From Alphaproteobacteria bacterium (GTDB lineage: Bacteria > Pseudomonadota > Alphaproteobacteria > Micavibrionales > UBA2020): DNA of 64,000 nucleotides. The position numbers and the translations under genes are program-made. The notes below the pieces were generated by a model. It was not told the DNA's origin. It saw only the letters and a list, made by a program, of their open reading frames with translations, and made no database searches. The DNA lies in the NCBI GenBank assembly GCA_965279315.1, contig OZ257145.1:2228295-2292294 (forward strand). Direction: 5' to 3'. Below are positions 9,849-20,292 of the stretch, in pieces; the stretch's first letter is position 1, and each line of letters begins with the position of its first letter.

Positions 9849-10294
9849 GGCGCGGGCTTTTTGTCGCCGCCGAAGGCGGATTTCGCGGCCTTCATTCCTT
9901 TTGTAAACGCATTCCCCAAAAACCCGCGCGCGCCAAGCGCGGAGGTTTTTTCGGCGGCACGCGCAACAGGGGCGAGGGGCTTGCCTTCGCGCTTGACCTG
10001 CTCTTTCTCGTAATGCTTTTGCAGGCCCGTACAGATGCGGTTGCTGATGAATGATTTGACGGCGGAGCTTGCCGCCATGAATGACGCGGAAAGGCCGACC
10101 TTTGCGGTCCCGCCTGCCGCCAGCACGCCGACCGCGCCACCTGTAAGCGCGATACCGACCGCGCCCACGCAGAAGGCGGCAGCTACCAACGCACCCCGTT
10201 TTGCCCATTTGACGCGGGTATCCAGCTGGGCATTGGTGAGGCCGCTGGTATCCTTCATCTTGGTGTATTTGTCTTTGATGGCCTGAATGAACAT
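9815..10294 (-). CDS. Hypothetical basic membrane protein with Gly/Ala-rich hydrophobic hairpin and K/P-rich tail
   Basis: GALVAAAFCVGAVGIALTGGAVGVLAAGG...; ends LGNAFTKG...GDKKPAPQPGRNALLIN. Confidence 0.7.
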   Translation of the reverse strand: MFIQAIKDKYTKMKDTSGLTNAQLDTRVKWAKRGALVAAAFCVGAVGIALTGGAVGVLAAGGTAKVGLSASFMAASSAVKSFISNRICTGLQKHYEKEQVKREGKPLAPVARAAEKTSALGARGFLGNAFTKGMKAAKSAFGGDKKPAPQPGRNALLIN

Positions 10295-10500
10295 GCCCCC
10301 AGTCTAGCCTGACTCCCGCTTTTGCGCCGGACTTTTTGTATTTTTGCGGCAAATTCGACGTTTTTCAGAAAACTACCCCCTACTGTTTTAACATATTGAA
10401 AAGACGCGCTTTAACCCTATTTGGATATGGCGCTTTTCCAGCGTCATGGCGGAGTGTGGTAATGGGGTGGCAAAAGCCCTCGAAAACATCCACGTTTTGC

Positions 10501-10529
10501 TTGCAATAGCATTGAAATGCCTGTAAAAA
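10501..10529 (+). promoter_or_regulatory. Putative rpsB-tsf promoter
   Basis: TTGCAA-N17-TAAAAA about 150 nt upstream of rpsB. Confidence 0.45.
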
Positions 10530-10577
10530 CGCGACTACTTGAGAAGATGCCGGGATGGTCCTGGCATTTAGCTAAAA

Positions 10578-10670
10578 ATCACATGCGGATCTTTGAGGTT
10601 GCCACGGCAACCGCTTCGGTGTCCCCAACAGGGACTTGCATCCGCAGAGGCATAACCGGGAAAGGATAAA
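10578..10670 (+). promoter_or_regulatory. rpsB 5' leader (S2 autoregulatory RNA structure)
   Basis: Outer stem TGCGGAT...ATCCGCA enclosing hairpins GGTTGCC-a-cGGCAACC and GTCCC-caaca-GGGAC, followed by GAGGCATAACCGG; position matches the known rpsB leader. Confidence 0.65.
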
Positions 10671-10675
10671 ACCCA

Positions 10676-11470
10676 ATGACGATGCCCACTTTCACTATGC
10701 GCCAGCTCCTCGAAGCAGGCGTTCACTTCGGCCACAACACCCGCCGCTGGAACCCCAAGATGAAGCCGTACATTTACGGCGACCGCAACAAGGTTCACAT
10801 CATCAACCTCGAACTGACCGTCCCCATGCTGCATACCGCCCTGAAAAGCGTGCGCGACATCGTTGCGAACCGCGGCCGCGTCCTGTTCGTCGGCACGAAG
10901 CGCCAGGCAGCTGACAAAATCGCCGACACCGCGAAGCGTTGCGGCCAGTACTACGTGAACTACCGCTGGCTCGGCGGCATGCTCACCAACTGGAACACCA
11001 TCTCCGGCTCGATCAAGCGCCTGCGGACGGTCACCGAGATGCTGGAAAACCCCGAAGTGAAGCACGGCATGACCAAGAAAGAGCAGCTCAACCTCGCACG
11101 CGAGAAAGAGAAGCTGGAAAAGGCGCTGGGCGGCATTAAAGACATGGGCGGCCTGCCCGATGCGATGATCGTGATTGACGTCATGAAAGAAGCCAACGCG
11201 ATCACCGAAGCAAAACGCCTCGGCATTCCCGTGTTCGGCGTCGTTGACACCAACTGCGATCCCGACAACATCGATTTCCTGATCCCCGGCAACGATGACG
11301 CAACCCGCGCCATCAACCTGTATTGCGACCTCTTCGCTGAAGCCGTCCTCGACGGCCTGCAGGCTGAAGTGACCGCGTCGGGCGTCGATGCTGGCGCTTC
11401 CGCGAACCCGATGCAGGAAGACCTCGGCTCGAACGACGTGTCCGAAGTGAAAGCAGCCGCAGCCGGCTAA
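10676..11470 (+). CDS. rpsB: 30S ribosomal protein S2
   Basis: [25 protein letters not shown]. Confidence 0.99.
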   Translation: MTMPTFTMRQLLEAGVHFGHNTRRWNPKMKPYIYGDRNKVHIINLELTVPMLHTALKSVRDIVANRGRVLFVGTKRQAADKIADTAKRCGQYYVNYRWLGGMLTNWNTISGSIKRLRTVTEMLENPEVKHGMTKKEQLNLAREKEKLEKALGGIKDMGGLPDAMIVIDVMKEANAITEAKRLGIPVFGVVDTNCDPDNIDFLIPGNDDATRAINLYCDLFAEAVLDGLQAEVTASGVDAGASANPMQEDLGSNDVSEVKAAAAG

Positions 11471-11476
11471 TGATGA

Positions 11477-11527
11477 TTTCTTCCCCCTTCCTCGCGGGCA
11501 TGTCCTGCGGGGAAGGGCGGGAAGAAA
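11477..11527 (+). other. Long GC-rich stem-loop between rpsB and tsf
   Basis: TTTCTTCCC-CCTTCCTCGCGGG...CCTGCGGGGAAGG-GGGAAGAAA inverted repeat, no U-tract. Confidence 0.6.
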
Positions 11528-11576
11528 CCTCAAGGAATAAAACCTCCGCCACCAAAATCCGTTAAGGGGAATTTGA

Positions 11577-12500
11577 ATGACCGAAATCACAGCAAAGCTC
11601 GTGCAGGAACTCCGCGAAAAAAGCGGCGCCGGCATGATGGACTGCAAAAAGGCGCTTGTTGAAACCAAGGGCGACGTTGAAGCCGCCATGGACTTCCTGC
11701 GCAAAAAAGGCCTCGCTTCCGCCGCCAAAAAATCCGGCCGCGCAGCATCCGAAGGCCTTGTTTCCGTTGCGACCGCAGGCACCTTCGCCGTTGCGATCGA
11801 GCTGAACGCAGAAACCGACTTCGTCGCGCGCAACGACCAGTTCCAGAAACTGCTGAACGACCTGACCGACCTCGCCGTGAAGAACAAGATCGAAAGCCTC
11901 GATGCGCTGAAGGCAGCGAAACTCGGCGACAAGACCGTTGAACTGACCGTGACCGAGCTGGTCGCGAGCATCGGCGAAAACATGAACCTGCGCCGCATGC
12001 AGGCGCTGTCCGTGAACGCGGGCGTTGTCGCAAGCTACGTGCACAACCAGGTCATCCCCGGCCGCGGCAAGATCGGCGTCCTCGTCGCGCTTGAATCGAC
12101 CGGCAACGCGGAGAAACTGGCAGCCCTCGGCCGCCAGCTGGCGATGCACATTGCGGCATCCCGCCCTGAAGCGCTGGACGTTGCAAGCCTCGACAAAGAC
12201 CTCGTTGCACGCGAGCGCGCGATCCACGCAGACAAAGCCGGCAAGAGCGGCAAGCCTGCGGACATCATCGAGAAAATGGTCGATGGTTCCATGCGCAAAT
12301 ACTACGAACAGGCTGTCCTGCTCGAACAGACCTTCATTATCGACGGCGCGACCAAAATTTCGGCTGTTCTGCAGAATGCAGAAAAAGAAGCCGGCGCACC
12401 CGTGAAGCTCGCAGGTTATGTGCGCTTCGAACTGGGTGAAGGCGTCGAGAAGAAAGTCGATGATTTCGCTGAAGAAGTCGCCAAGATGGCGGCTGGCTAA
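11577..12500 (+). CDS. tsf: Elongation factor Ts
   Basis: LREKSGAGMMDCKKAL, ETDFVA, MHIAA. Confidence 0.99.
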   Translation: MTEITAKLVQELREKSGAGMMDCKKALVETKGDVEAAMDFLRKKGLASAAKKSGRAASEGLVSVATAGTFAVAIELNAETDFVARNDQFQKLLNDLTDLAVKNKIESLDALKAAKLGDKTVELTVTELVASIGENMNLRRMQALSVNAGVVASYVHNQVIPGRGKIGVLVALESTGNAEKLAALGRQLAMHIAASRPEALDVASLDKDLVARERAIHADKAGKSGKPADIIEKMVDGSMRKYYEQAVLLEQTFIIDGATKISAVLQNAEKEAGAPVKLAGYVRFELGEGVEKKVDDFAEEVAKMAAG

Positions 12501-12508
12501 CAGATAAA

Positions 12509-12560
12509 TTGGCTTCCTTCCCGGCCCCTCTCCCCAGGGGCGGGGACGGGAAGGGGCCGA
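12509..12560 (+). other. Long GC-rich stem-loop between tsf and pyrH
   Basis: TTGGCTTCCTTCCC...GGGAAGGGGCCGA inverted repeat. Confidence 0.55.
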
Positions 12561-12600
12561 TACTGCTGCAGATACCAGACAAAGTTTCGGGGGATATATA

Positions 12601-13335
12601 ATGTCGAAGACGCGGTTCAAGCGTGTGCTTCTCAAGATTTCGGGCGAAGCCCTGATGGGCGGCGGCGAATACGGCATTGATACCGAAACCGTCAACCGCG
12701 TCGCGCAAGACGTGAAAGATGCCATCAAGCTTGGTGTGCAGGTCTGCCTCGTCATCGGCGGCGGCAACATCTTCCGCGGCGTCTCCGGCGCGGCGGTCGG
12801 CATGGACCGCGCTTCGGCCGATTACATGGGCATGCTCGCGACCGTCATCAACTCCCTCGCCATGCAAAACGCGCTCGAAAAAATTGGCGTCGATACGCGT
12901 GTGCAATCCGCCATCCCCATGGATACCGTTTGCGAGCCGTATATCCGCCGCCGCGCGATCCGCCACATTGAAAAAGGCCGCGTCGTGATTTTCGGCGCGG
13001 GCACCGGCAACCCCTTCTTCACGACTGATACCGCAGCCGCACTGCGCGCATCCGAAATGGGCTGCGACGCACTGTTGAAAGGCACCAAGGTCGACGGCGT
13101 TTACTCCGCCGATCCCGCTAAAAACCCGAACGCAACCAAATTCGATACGCTCACCTATCTTGACGTGCTGGCGCGTGACCTTGGTGTCATGGACGCCTCC
13201 GCGATTTCGCTCGCGCGCGAAAGCAAAATTCCCGTCATCGTTTTTTCCATCAAGAGCCCCGGCGCCTTCCCCGAACTTATGCAGGGCAGGGGCGCGTGCA
13301 CCATCGTAACCGAGAAGGAAGTCGTCAATGGCTGA
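12601..13335 (+). CDS. pyrH: Uridylate kinase
   Basis: [27 protein letters not shown]. Confidence 0.99.
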   Translation: MSKTRFKRVLLKISGEALMGGGEYGIDTETVNRVAQDVKDAIKLGVQVCLVIGGGNIFRGVSGAAVGMDRASADYMGMLATVINSLAMQNALEKIGVDTRVQSAIPMDTVCEPYIRRRAIRHIEKGRVVIFGAGTGNPFFTTDTAAALRASEMGCDALLKGTKVDGVYSADPAKNPNATKFDTLTYLDVLARDLGVMDASAISLARESKIPVIVFSIKSPGAFPELMQGRGACTIVTEKEVVNG

Positions 13336-13885
13336 CATCAATCTGAATGACCTCGAGCGCCGCATGGGCGCGTCCCATGAAAGCTACTCCAAGGAACTGG
13401 GCGGGTTGCGCACCGGCCGTGCTTCCGCGAGCCTGCTGGACACCGTTCAGGTCGAGGTGTACGGCGCGAAAATGCCCCTCAACCAGGTGGCATCCGTTTC
13501 CGTCGCCGAAGCCCGCCTGCTGAACGTGCAGGTCTGGGATACGAACAACACCAAGGCGGTTGAAAAAGCGATTGCCTCCGCCGGCCTCGGCCTCAACCCC
13601 CAGCCGTCCGGCTCGCTGATCCGCGTGCCACTGCCGGGCCTGACCGAGGAGCGCCGCGCTGAACTGGCGAAAGTCGCCGCGAAATATGCCGAAGGCGCCC
13701 GCGTCGCCGTGCGCAACATCCGCCGCGAAGGCATGGACGCTGCGAAGAAGCTGAAGACCGAAGGCAAGCTGTCGGAAGACGCCCTGAAGGCAAGCGAGGA
13801 AAAGATCCAGAAGATGACCGATAGCTGGATCAAGAAAATCGACGACAGCCTTGCGCACAAGGAAACCGAAATCAAGCAGGTCTGA
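13328..13885 (+). CDS. frr: Ribosome recycling factor
   Basis: [24 protein letters not shown]. Confidence 0.98.
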   Translation: MADINLNDLERRMGASHESYSKELGGLRTGRASASLLDTVQVEVYGAKMPLNQVASVSVAEARLLNVQVWDTNNTKAVEKAIASAGLGLNPQPSGSLIRVPLPGLTEERRAELAKVAAKYAEGARVAVRNIRREGMDAAKKLKTEGKLSEDALKASEEKIQKMTDSWIKKIDDSLAHKETEIKQV

Positions 13886-13893
13886 CCCTTGTC

Positions 13894-14634
13894 ATGACCC
13901 AACCCGCCCCCAAGCTCGCTGTATTGCCGCAGCATGTCGCCATCATCATGGACGGCAACGGCAGATGGGCGACCGCGCGGGGATTGAGCCGCACCGAGGG
14001 CCATAAAAAAGGCGCGGAAGCGGCGCAGCGCGTGGTCGAAGCCGCGCGCGACATGGGTATTCCCTATATCACGCTGTTCAGCTTTTCATCCGAAAACTGG
14101 AACCGGCCGCCTGCTGAAATCGACGATTTGATGAACCTGCTGCGCTACTACCTCACCCGCGAAATGGCGGAGATGAAGAAAAACGGCGCGCGCTTGCTGG
14201 TCATCGGCGACCGCACGAAACTGCCGCAGGATATCGTGAACATCATCCTGAAGGTCGAGGACGAAACCAAGGACAACCGCCGCATCACCGTTGTGATCGC
14301 GCTGTCTTATGGCGGACGTCAGGACATCGTATTTGCCGCGCGGGAACTGGCACGGCTTGCCAAGGCGAACGAGGTGGATATCGAAAAAATCGACGAGGAT
14401 ATTTTCTCGCGCTACCTGATGACGCGCGGCATCCCCGATCCCGACCTGATGATCCGCACCAGCGGTGAATCGCGCATCAGCAACTTCCTGATGTGGCAGC
14501 TGGCCTATGCGGAGCTGTTCTTCACCAATACCCTCTGGCCCGATTTCGGCCGCAAGGATATGGAGGAGGCGGTTGCTTTCTTTAACGGTCGCGACCGCCG
14601 CTACGGCGGATTGTCGCGCAAAGCAGGGGAATGA
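13894..14634 (+). CDS. uppS: Undecaprenyl diphosphate synthase
   Basis: HVAIIMDGNGRWA, FSSENWNRP, IRTSGESRISNF. Confidence 0.97.
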   Translation: MTQPAPKLAVLPQHVAIIMDGNGRWATARGLSRTEGHKKGAEAAQRVVEAARDMGIPYITLFSFSSENWNRPPAEIDDLMNLLRYYLTREMAEMKKNGARLLVIGDRTKLPQDIVNIILKVEDETKDNRRITVVIALSYGGRQDIVFAARELARLAKANEVDIEKIDEDIFSRYLMTRGIPDPDLMIRTSGESRISNFLMWQLAYAELFFTNTLWPDFGRKDMEEAVAFFNGRDRRYGGLSRKAGE

Positions 14635-15485
14635 ACATGACCGCGCCCAAGATCGACAGCTCGCTCAAGACGCGTCTCCGCTCCGTCGTTATTTTCGCCC
14701 CCATCGTGCTGCTGGTGATTTATGCGGGCGGCCCTGCTTTCACCGTCATGATGGCGATCGGCGCCGGCATCGGCGCATGGGAATGGTCGCGCATGGTGAC
14801 GCACAATGCGCATCCTCCGCGCCACCTTGCGCATGTCGCAGCCGCGCTGACGGGTGTCGCGACGGCAAGCGCAGGCATGGTGGATAGCCCGCTGCCGGCG
14901 TTCTGTTTCCTGCTCGCGCTGTGCTTCCTTGTCTTCTGCTATAACTTTTCGAAAAAAGGCCCGAAGCCCGGCCTGCTGCTGTTCGGCCTGATTTATATCG
15001 GTATGTCGATGATCATGATGATCTGGCTGCGCAATGCCCATGGCGATGCGCAAGGGCTGTTCCACATGATCACATTGCTGTTCATTGTCTGGGCCAGCGA
15101 CTCTTGCGCTTACTTTACAGGCCGTACCTTCGGCGGCCCGAAACTCGCGCCCAAGATCAGCCCCAAGAAAACATGGTCGGGATTTCTCGGTTCCAGCGTC
15201 GGGGCAGGCATCGTGGCGGCGTTGCTGGCATGCCCATCGCTGCTCGATAAATTCTCCATCCAGACCATCGGCAATTGGGGCTGGATCGGTTATTTTGTGC
15301 TGGGTTTCGTGATGGCGATGTTCGGGCAGGCGGGCGACCTGTTCATTTCGATGTTCAAGCGCCGCTTTGATGTGAAGGATACCGGCACGCTGATTCCCGG
15401 CCATGGCGGCATCCTGGACCGTATCGATGCGCTGCTGCTGGTCGCGCTGCTGTTCGGCGTGTTGACGGGCATCGTCGGGGGGTAA
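14631..15485 (+). CDS. cdsA: Phosphatidate cytidylyltransferase
   Basis: ISPKKTWSG, KDTGTLIPGHGGILDRID. Confidence 0.97.
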   Translation: MNMTAPKIDSSLKTRLRSVVIFAPIVLLVIYAGGPAFTVMMAIGAGIGAWEWSRMVTHNAHPPRHLAHVAAALTGVATASAGMVDSPLPAFCFLLALCFLVFCYNFSKKGPKPGLLLFGLIYIGMSMIMMIWLRNAHGDAQGLFHMITLLFIVWASDSCAYFTGRTFGGPKLAPKISPKKTWSGFLGSSVGAGIVAALLACPSLLDKFSIQTIGNWGWIGYFVLGFVMAMFGQAGDLFISMFKRRFDVKDTGTLIPGHGGILDRIDALLLVALLFGVLTGIVGG

Positions 15486-15491
15486 CCACCT

Positions 15492-16682
15492 ATGCCGCAG
15501 GCGGCAGACATCCGCACGCAGGCGCAACCGCGCAGCGTCACAGTCCTTGGCTCCACCGGATCGATCGGCAAAAGCACCGTTGACCTGTTGCAAGGGCATC
15601 GCGGCAAGTTCCATGTCCGCGCGCTGACTGCCAATAAAAACGTCGCGCTGCTGGTGCAGCAGGCAAAGGCGTTGAATGCCGAACTTGCCGTTGTTGCCGA
15701 CGAAAGCCTTTATACCGAATTGAAATCAGCCTTATCCGGCACGGGCATCCGCGCCGCCGCCGGTTCTGCCGCCATATTGGAGGCTGCGGAGCTGCCCAGC
15801 GACTGGATTATGGCCGCCATCGTCGGCGCAGCGGGCGTCGAAGCAACTTTGCGCGCCATCCGGCAGGGCAACACGGTCGCGCTGGCGAACAAGGAATCCC
15901 TCGTCTGCGCAGGGCCGTTCATGATGGAGGCCGTCGCCAAATCCGGCGCGACTCTGCTGCCCGTCGATAGTGAACATAACGCGGTGTTTCAGGTCTTTGA
16001 TCACCGGCAGCGTACGGGTATCCGCCGCATCATCCTGACCGCATCGGGCGGCCCGTTCCTGCGCCGAAGCCGTGAAAGCCTCGATACCGTCACCCCCGCC
16101 GAAGCGATCCGCCACCCGAACTGGGCTATGGGCGCGAAAATATCGGTCGACAGTGCAACGATGATGAATAAATCCTTGGAAGTCATCGAGGCTGCGTATT
16201 TGTTTAACCTGCCATCCGAGCAAATTGATGTGTTGGTGCACCCGCAGTCGCTTGTTCATTCAATGGTTGAATATATCGACGGAAGTATCTTGTCTCAAAT
16301 GGGCGCACCTGACATGCGTACGCCGATTGCGCACACATTGGCATGGCCTGCGCGGGTAGAAACGACAGGCGATAAGCTTGACCTTGGTAAAAACATCAAT
16401 TTTAGCTTTGAACCTATTGATATTGATAGATTTTATGCGTTGAAATTAGCGCGTCAGGCCTTGAAATCAGGATTAGGCTATCCAACTGTGCTTAACGCGG
16501 CGAATGAAGTGGCGGTGGAGGCGTTTCTGGGTGGCCGCCTAAAATTTTCGGATATCGAGAAAGTTTCGGAGCAGGCCTTGCAATCCATAAAAATCAAAGC
16601 CATATCAGATGTTAATGACATCTTTTCGCTGGATGGCGAAGCGCGTACTATTGCGGCAACGGCCATTCAGGCGTTAAAATAG
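15492..16682 (+). CDS. dxr: 1-deoxy-D-xylulose-5-phosphate reductoisomerase
   Basis: LGSTGSIG, LPVDSEH, HPNWAMGAKISVDSATMMNK. Confidence 0.98.
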   Translation: MPQAADIRTQAQPRSVTVLGSTGSIGKSTVDLLQGHRGKFHVRALTANKNVALLVQQAKALNAELAVVADESLYTELKSALSGTGIRAAAGSAAILEAAELPSDWIMAAIVGAAGVEATLRAIRQGNTVALANKESLVCAGPFMMEAVAKSGATLLPVDSEHNAVFQVFDHRQRTGIRRIILTASGGPFLRRSRESLDTVTPAEAIRHPNWAMGAKISVDSATMMNKSLEVIEAAYLFNLPSEQIDVLVHPQSLVHSMVEYIDGSILSQMGAPDMRTPIAHTLAWPARVETTGDKLDLGKNINFSFEPIDIDRFYALKLARQALKSGLGYPTVLNAANEVAVEAFLGGRLKFSDIEKVSEQALQSIKIKAISDVNDIFSLDGEARTIAATAIQALK

Positions 16683-16723
16683 AAAGAAAAGGCCGAATTG
16701 GCCGCGGCAGATGGGGGATATCC

Positions 16724-17938
16724 ATGGAAATGTTGAATAAGCTGCTATCGACTCCGTTCGAGTTCGTCCGTGATTACGGCGGCCCGTTCATCTTTGTGCT
16801 GGCTGTGCTCGTCTTCATCCATGAATGGGGACATTATATTATAGCGCGCATCTGCGGCGTCAAAATCGAGAAATTCTCGATCGGCTTCGGCCCGGAAATC
16901 TGGGGCCGTAATGACAGGCACGGCACGCGCTGGAAAATCTGCGCGATACCGCTGGGCGGTTATGTACAGATGTTCGGCGACAGCGACCCGTCGAGCGCAG
17001 CGCCCGCCGAAGGCGTGACCGAGGGCGAACAGGTTCGCTCCTTCACCGAAGAGGAAAAGAAAGTCGCCTTCTTTACCCAGCCTCTCTACAAGCGCGCGGC
17101 CATCGTATTTGCCGGCCCTGCCATCAATTACATCTTCGCGATCTTTGTCCTGTCCGCGCTGTTTATGTTCCAGGGCCAGCCCTATATGCCGCCGGTGGCG
17201 GCGAAAGTGGTCGAGCCTTCGGCTGCGTTTGACGCGGGCATCCGTCCCGATGATAAAGTCGTCAGCGTGAACGGCGAACCGATTACGCGCTTTCAGGACC
17301 TGCGCCCGATCACCGACATGAACATCGAAAAACCGATGCAGGTCGTGATCGTCCATTCGCTGGGCGACAAGGATAAGGGCTGGGATGAAGCGCATCCCGT
17401 CACGCTCACCATCACGCCCCGCCGGGTTGTGAAGGAAGACCGCTTCGGTTTCCGCCATGAAGTCGGCCTGATGGGGATCGTCAGCCCGGAATCCGCGTTC
17501 GAAATGCAGAAGCATACGTTCTTCTCGGCGATCGGCGCGTCCATCGGCGAAACCTGGCGCATCACCAGCATGACGCTGAAGGGGCTCGGCCAGATGATTA
17601 TCGGCACGCGCAGCACCGATGAACTGGGCGGGGTGCTCCGCATCGGCGCCTATGCCGGGGATTTCGCGTCGCAGGGCATTATTGCCTTCATCACTTTCGC
17701 GGCGTTGCTGTCCATCAACCTCGGCCTGATCAACCTGCTGCCGATTCCCTTGCTCGATGGCGGGCATCTCGCGATGTACGCTATGGAAAAACTGCGTGGC
17801 AAACCCCTGAGCACGCAGGTGCAGGAATACGCTTTAAGGGTTGGCTTAGTCTTTTTACTTGGTATTATGTTCCTTGCAACGTGGAATGACCTTGTACAGC
17901 TCAAGGTCGTTGATTATGTTGTGAAGCTAATCTCATAA
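16724..17938 (+). CDS. rseP: RIP metalloprotease RseP
   Basis: HEWGH zinc motif, PDZ domain, NLLPIPLLDGG. Confidence 0.96.
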   Translation: MEMLNKLLSTPFEFVRDYGGPFIFVLAVLVFIHEWGHYIIARICGVKIEKFSIGFGPEIWGRNDRHGTRWKICAIPLGGYVQMFGDSDPSSAAPAEGVTEGEQVRSFTEEEKKVAFFTQPLYKRAAIVFAGPAINYIFAIFVLSALFMFQGQPYMPPVAAKVVEPSAAFDAGIRPDDKVVSVNGEPITRFQDLRPITDMNIEKPMQVVIVHSLGDKDKGWDEAHPVTLTITPRRVVKEDRFGFRHEVGLMGIVSPESAFEMQKHTFFSAIGASIGETWRITSMTLKGLGQMIIGTRSTDELGGVLRIGAYAGDFASQGIIAFITFAALLSINLGLINLLPIPLLDGGHLAMYAMEKLRGKPLSTQVQEYALRVGLVFLLGIMFLATWNDLVQLKVVDYVVKLIS

Positions 17939-17974
17939 AAATAACAAGAACATACCAAGACCCGAAGCGCACAG

Positions 17975-20266
17975 TTGATGATCAAGAGGCTTTCCCACTT
18001 TACACGCCCTATGGCGATGCTTTGCGTCGCTATGTTTCTTGCGGTCGCATTGACCGCAGTGACGGCGCATGCCGACCGCATCGGCCAGATCCGGGTTGAA
18101 GGCACGCAACGTATCGAGCCGTCGACCGTCCTGTCCTATATGGATACAGCGGCGGGGGATGAATACGATAGTGACAAGCTGGATACCTCGCTCAAGAACC
18201 TGTTCGGCACCGGCCTGTTCGCCGATGTGTCGTTCTATCAGGAAGGCGCCGACCTTGTGGTGGTTGTCGTCGAAAACCCGATCATCAACCAGATCGCGTT
18301 CGAAGGGAACAAGAAGGTCAAGGACGCCGACCTGATGAACGAGATTTCATTGCGCCAGCGCAACGTCCTGACCCGCACCAAGGTGCAGGCGGATGTGGAG
18401 CGCATTCAGGACATTTACCGCATCGGCGGCCGTTTCTCGGCAGATGTCCAGCCCAAGATCATCAAGCGCGACCAGAACCGTGTCGACCTCGTTTTCGAAA
18501 TCAACGAAGGCCCGCAGACCCTTATTTCGCGCATGAGCTTTATTGGCAACAAGCGCTATGACGACACACAACTGCAGCGCGTTGTGCGCAGCAAGGAAGA
18601 CCGCTGGTGGCGTTTCTGGTCCGGCGACGACAAATACGATCCCGACCGCCTTGCCTATGACCGCGAATTGCTGCGCAAATTCTATCTCGACCATGGCTAT
18701 GCCGATTTCCGTGTCGATAGCGCCATCGCCGAATTGTCGCCCGACCGCAAAAACTTCTTCGTCACCTATACGCTGGACGAAGGCGTCCGGTACAAGGTCG
18801 GCAAGATCAACCTTGTCAGCAATGTGCCGTCACTGCTGACACCGGCATATAACAAATACGTCACTTTTGAAAAAGATGACTGGTACAAGTCAAGCGAGAT
18901 TGAAAAGACGATCGGCAAGCTGACGGCCGAACTGGAGTCGCGTCAGTTTTCCTTTATCGATATCCGTCCGACAGTCGAGCGTAACCGTGAAACGCGCACG
19001 ATCGACATCACCTTCACCTTTAACGACGCGCCCAAGGTATTTGTCGAAAACATCAATATCATCGGCAACGTGCGCACGACCGACGAAGTCATCCGCCGCG
19101 AACTGGGATTTGCCGAAGGCGACCCGTTCAATCTCGGCAAGCTGAAAAAATCGGAACAGAACCTCAAGGACCTCGCGTTCTTTGAAACGGCGACCGCCAA
19201 GCCCGTGCCCGGCAGCACGCCTGAAAAGACCAATATCGACGTGACCGTCGCGGAAAAATCGACCGGCGAGATTTCGCTGGGCGGCGGTTTTTCCACGACC
19301 GATGGCGCGCTTGGTAACTTCAGCGTCAAGGAAAAGAACCTGCTCGGCAAAGGGCAGGAGCTTTCATTCTCGACGACACTCGCAGCGAAACGCACCGAAT
19401 TCGATGTCAGCTTTACCGAACCCTATTTCCTGAAACGCGACTTGTCGGCGGGTTTCGACCTGTTCCATGTCACGCGCGACTATCAGGATGAAAGCTCGTA
19501 CGACAGCAAACGCAGCGGCGGCGCGCTCCGCCTCGGCTATCCGCTGGCAGACAAATGGCGCCAGTACCTGAGTTATACCTATGCCAAGACCGAGATTGAC
19601 AACGTGCCGGCCACCGCGTCGATCTATATCCAGCAGCAGGCTGGCAAGCGCACGACTTCCGCCGTTTCACAGCGCATTGCCTACGACTCGACCGACAGCA
19701 AGCTCGACCCTACAGAAGGCCTGCTCATGCGTTTTGATACCGAGGTCGCCGGCCTCGGCGGTTCGGCGCGTTATGGCAGGGTCAAGCTTGGCGGCACGTA
19801 TTTTTATCCGGTCATCGATAAATGGGTCTTGAGCCTTCTGGGCGAGGGCGGGATTATCAAGGCATGGGGTGATGATAACGTGCGTATCAACGAGCGTTTT
19901 TACCTGGGCGGCAATAACCTGCGCGGCTTCGCCAGCGGCGGCATCGGCCCGCGTGACTTGACGACGGATGACGCGCTGGGTGGTGACCATTTCTACCGCG
20001 GCTCGGTCGAGCTGGAATTCCCGTCCGGCCTGCCGGAAGATCTTGGAGTGCGACTGCACGTATTCTCCGATTTTGGCTCGCTTGGCGGGCTTGACACATC
20101 GGGCGCGGGCATCGTGGATGATGGTACCTTGCGCGCTTCGGCTGGCGCGGGCATCGCCTGGAAATCGCCGATGGGGCCTGTGCGCGCCGATCTTGCCATC
20201 CCCCTCGCCAAGGAAGATTACGACGATACCGAGATTTTCCAGTTCAGCTTCGGCACCAGATTCTAG
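17975..20266 (+). CDS. bamA: Outer membrane protein assembly factor BamA
   Basis: POTRA domains, LRGF motif, C-terminal FQFSFGTRF; exact start uncertain (17975/17978/18011). Confidence 0.97.
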   Translation: MMIKRLSHFTRPMAMLCVAMFLAVALTAVTAHADRIGQIRVEGTQRIEPSTVLSYMDTAAGDEYDSDKLDTSLKNLFGTGLFADVSFYQEGADLVVVVVENPIINQIAFEGNKKVKDADLMNEISLRQRNVLTRTKVQADVERIQDIYRIGGRFSADVQPKIIKRDQNRVDLVFEINEGPQTLISRMSFIGNKRYDDTQLQRVVRSKEDRWWRFWSGDDKYDPDRLAYDRELLRKFYLDHGYADFRVDSAIAELSPDRKNFFVTYTLDEGVRYKVGKINLVSNVPSLLTPAYNKYVTFEKDDWYKSSEIEKTIGKLTAELESRQFSFIDIRPTVERNRETRTIDITFTFNDAPKVFVENINIIGNVRTTDEVIRRELGFAEGDPFNLGKLKKSEQNLKDLAFFETATAKPVPGSTPEKTNIDVTVAEKSTGEISLGGGFSTTDGALGNFSVKEKNLLGKGQELSFSTTLAAKRTEFDVSFTEPYFLKRDLSAGFDLFHVTRDYQDESSYDSKRSGGALRLGYPLADKWRQYLSYTYAKTEIDNVPATASIYIQQQAGKRTTSAVSQRIAYDSTDSKLDPTEGLLMRFDTEVAGLGGSARYGRVKLGGTYFYPVIDKWVLSLLGEGGIIKAWGDDNVRINERFYLGGNNLRGFASGGIGPRDLTTDDALGGDHFYRGSVELEFPSGLPEDLGVRLHVFSDFGSLGGLDTSGAGIVDDGTLRASAGAGIAWKSPMGPVRADLAIPLAKEDYDDTEIFQFSFGTRF

Positions 20267-20292
20267 ACATTCACGCAAGACAGGGGACAATC

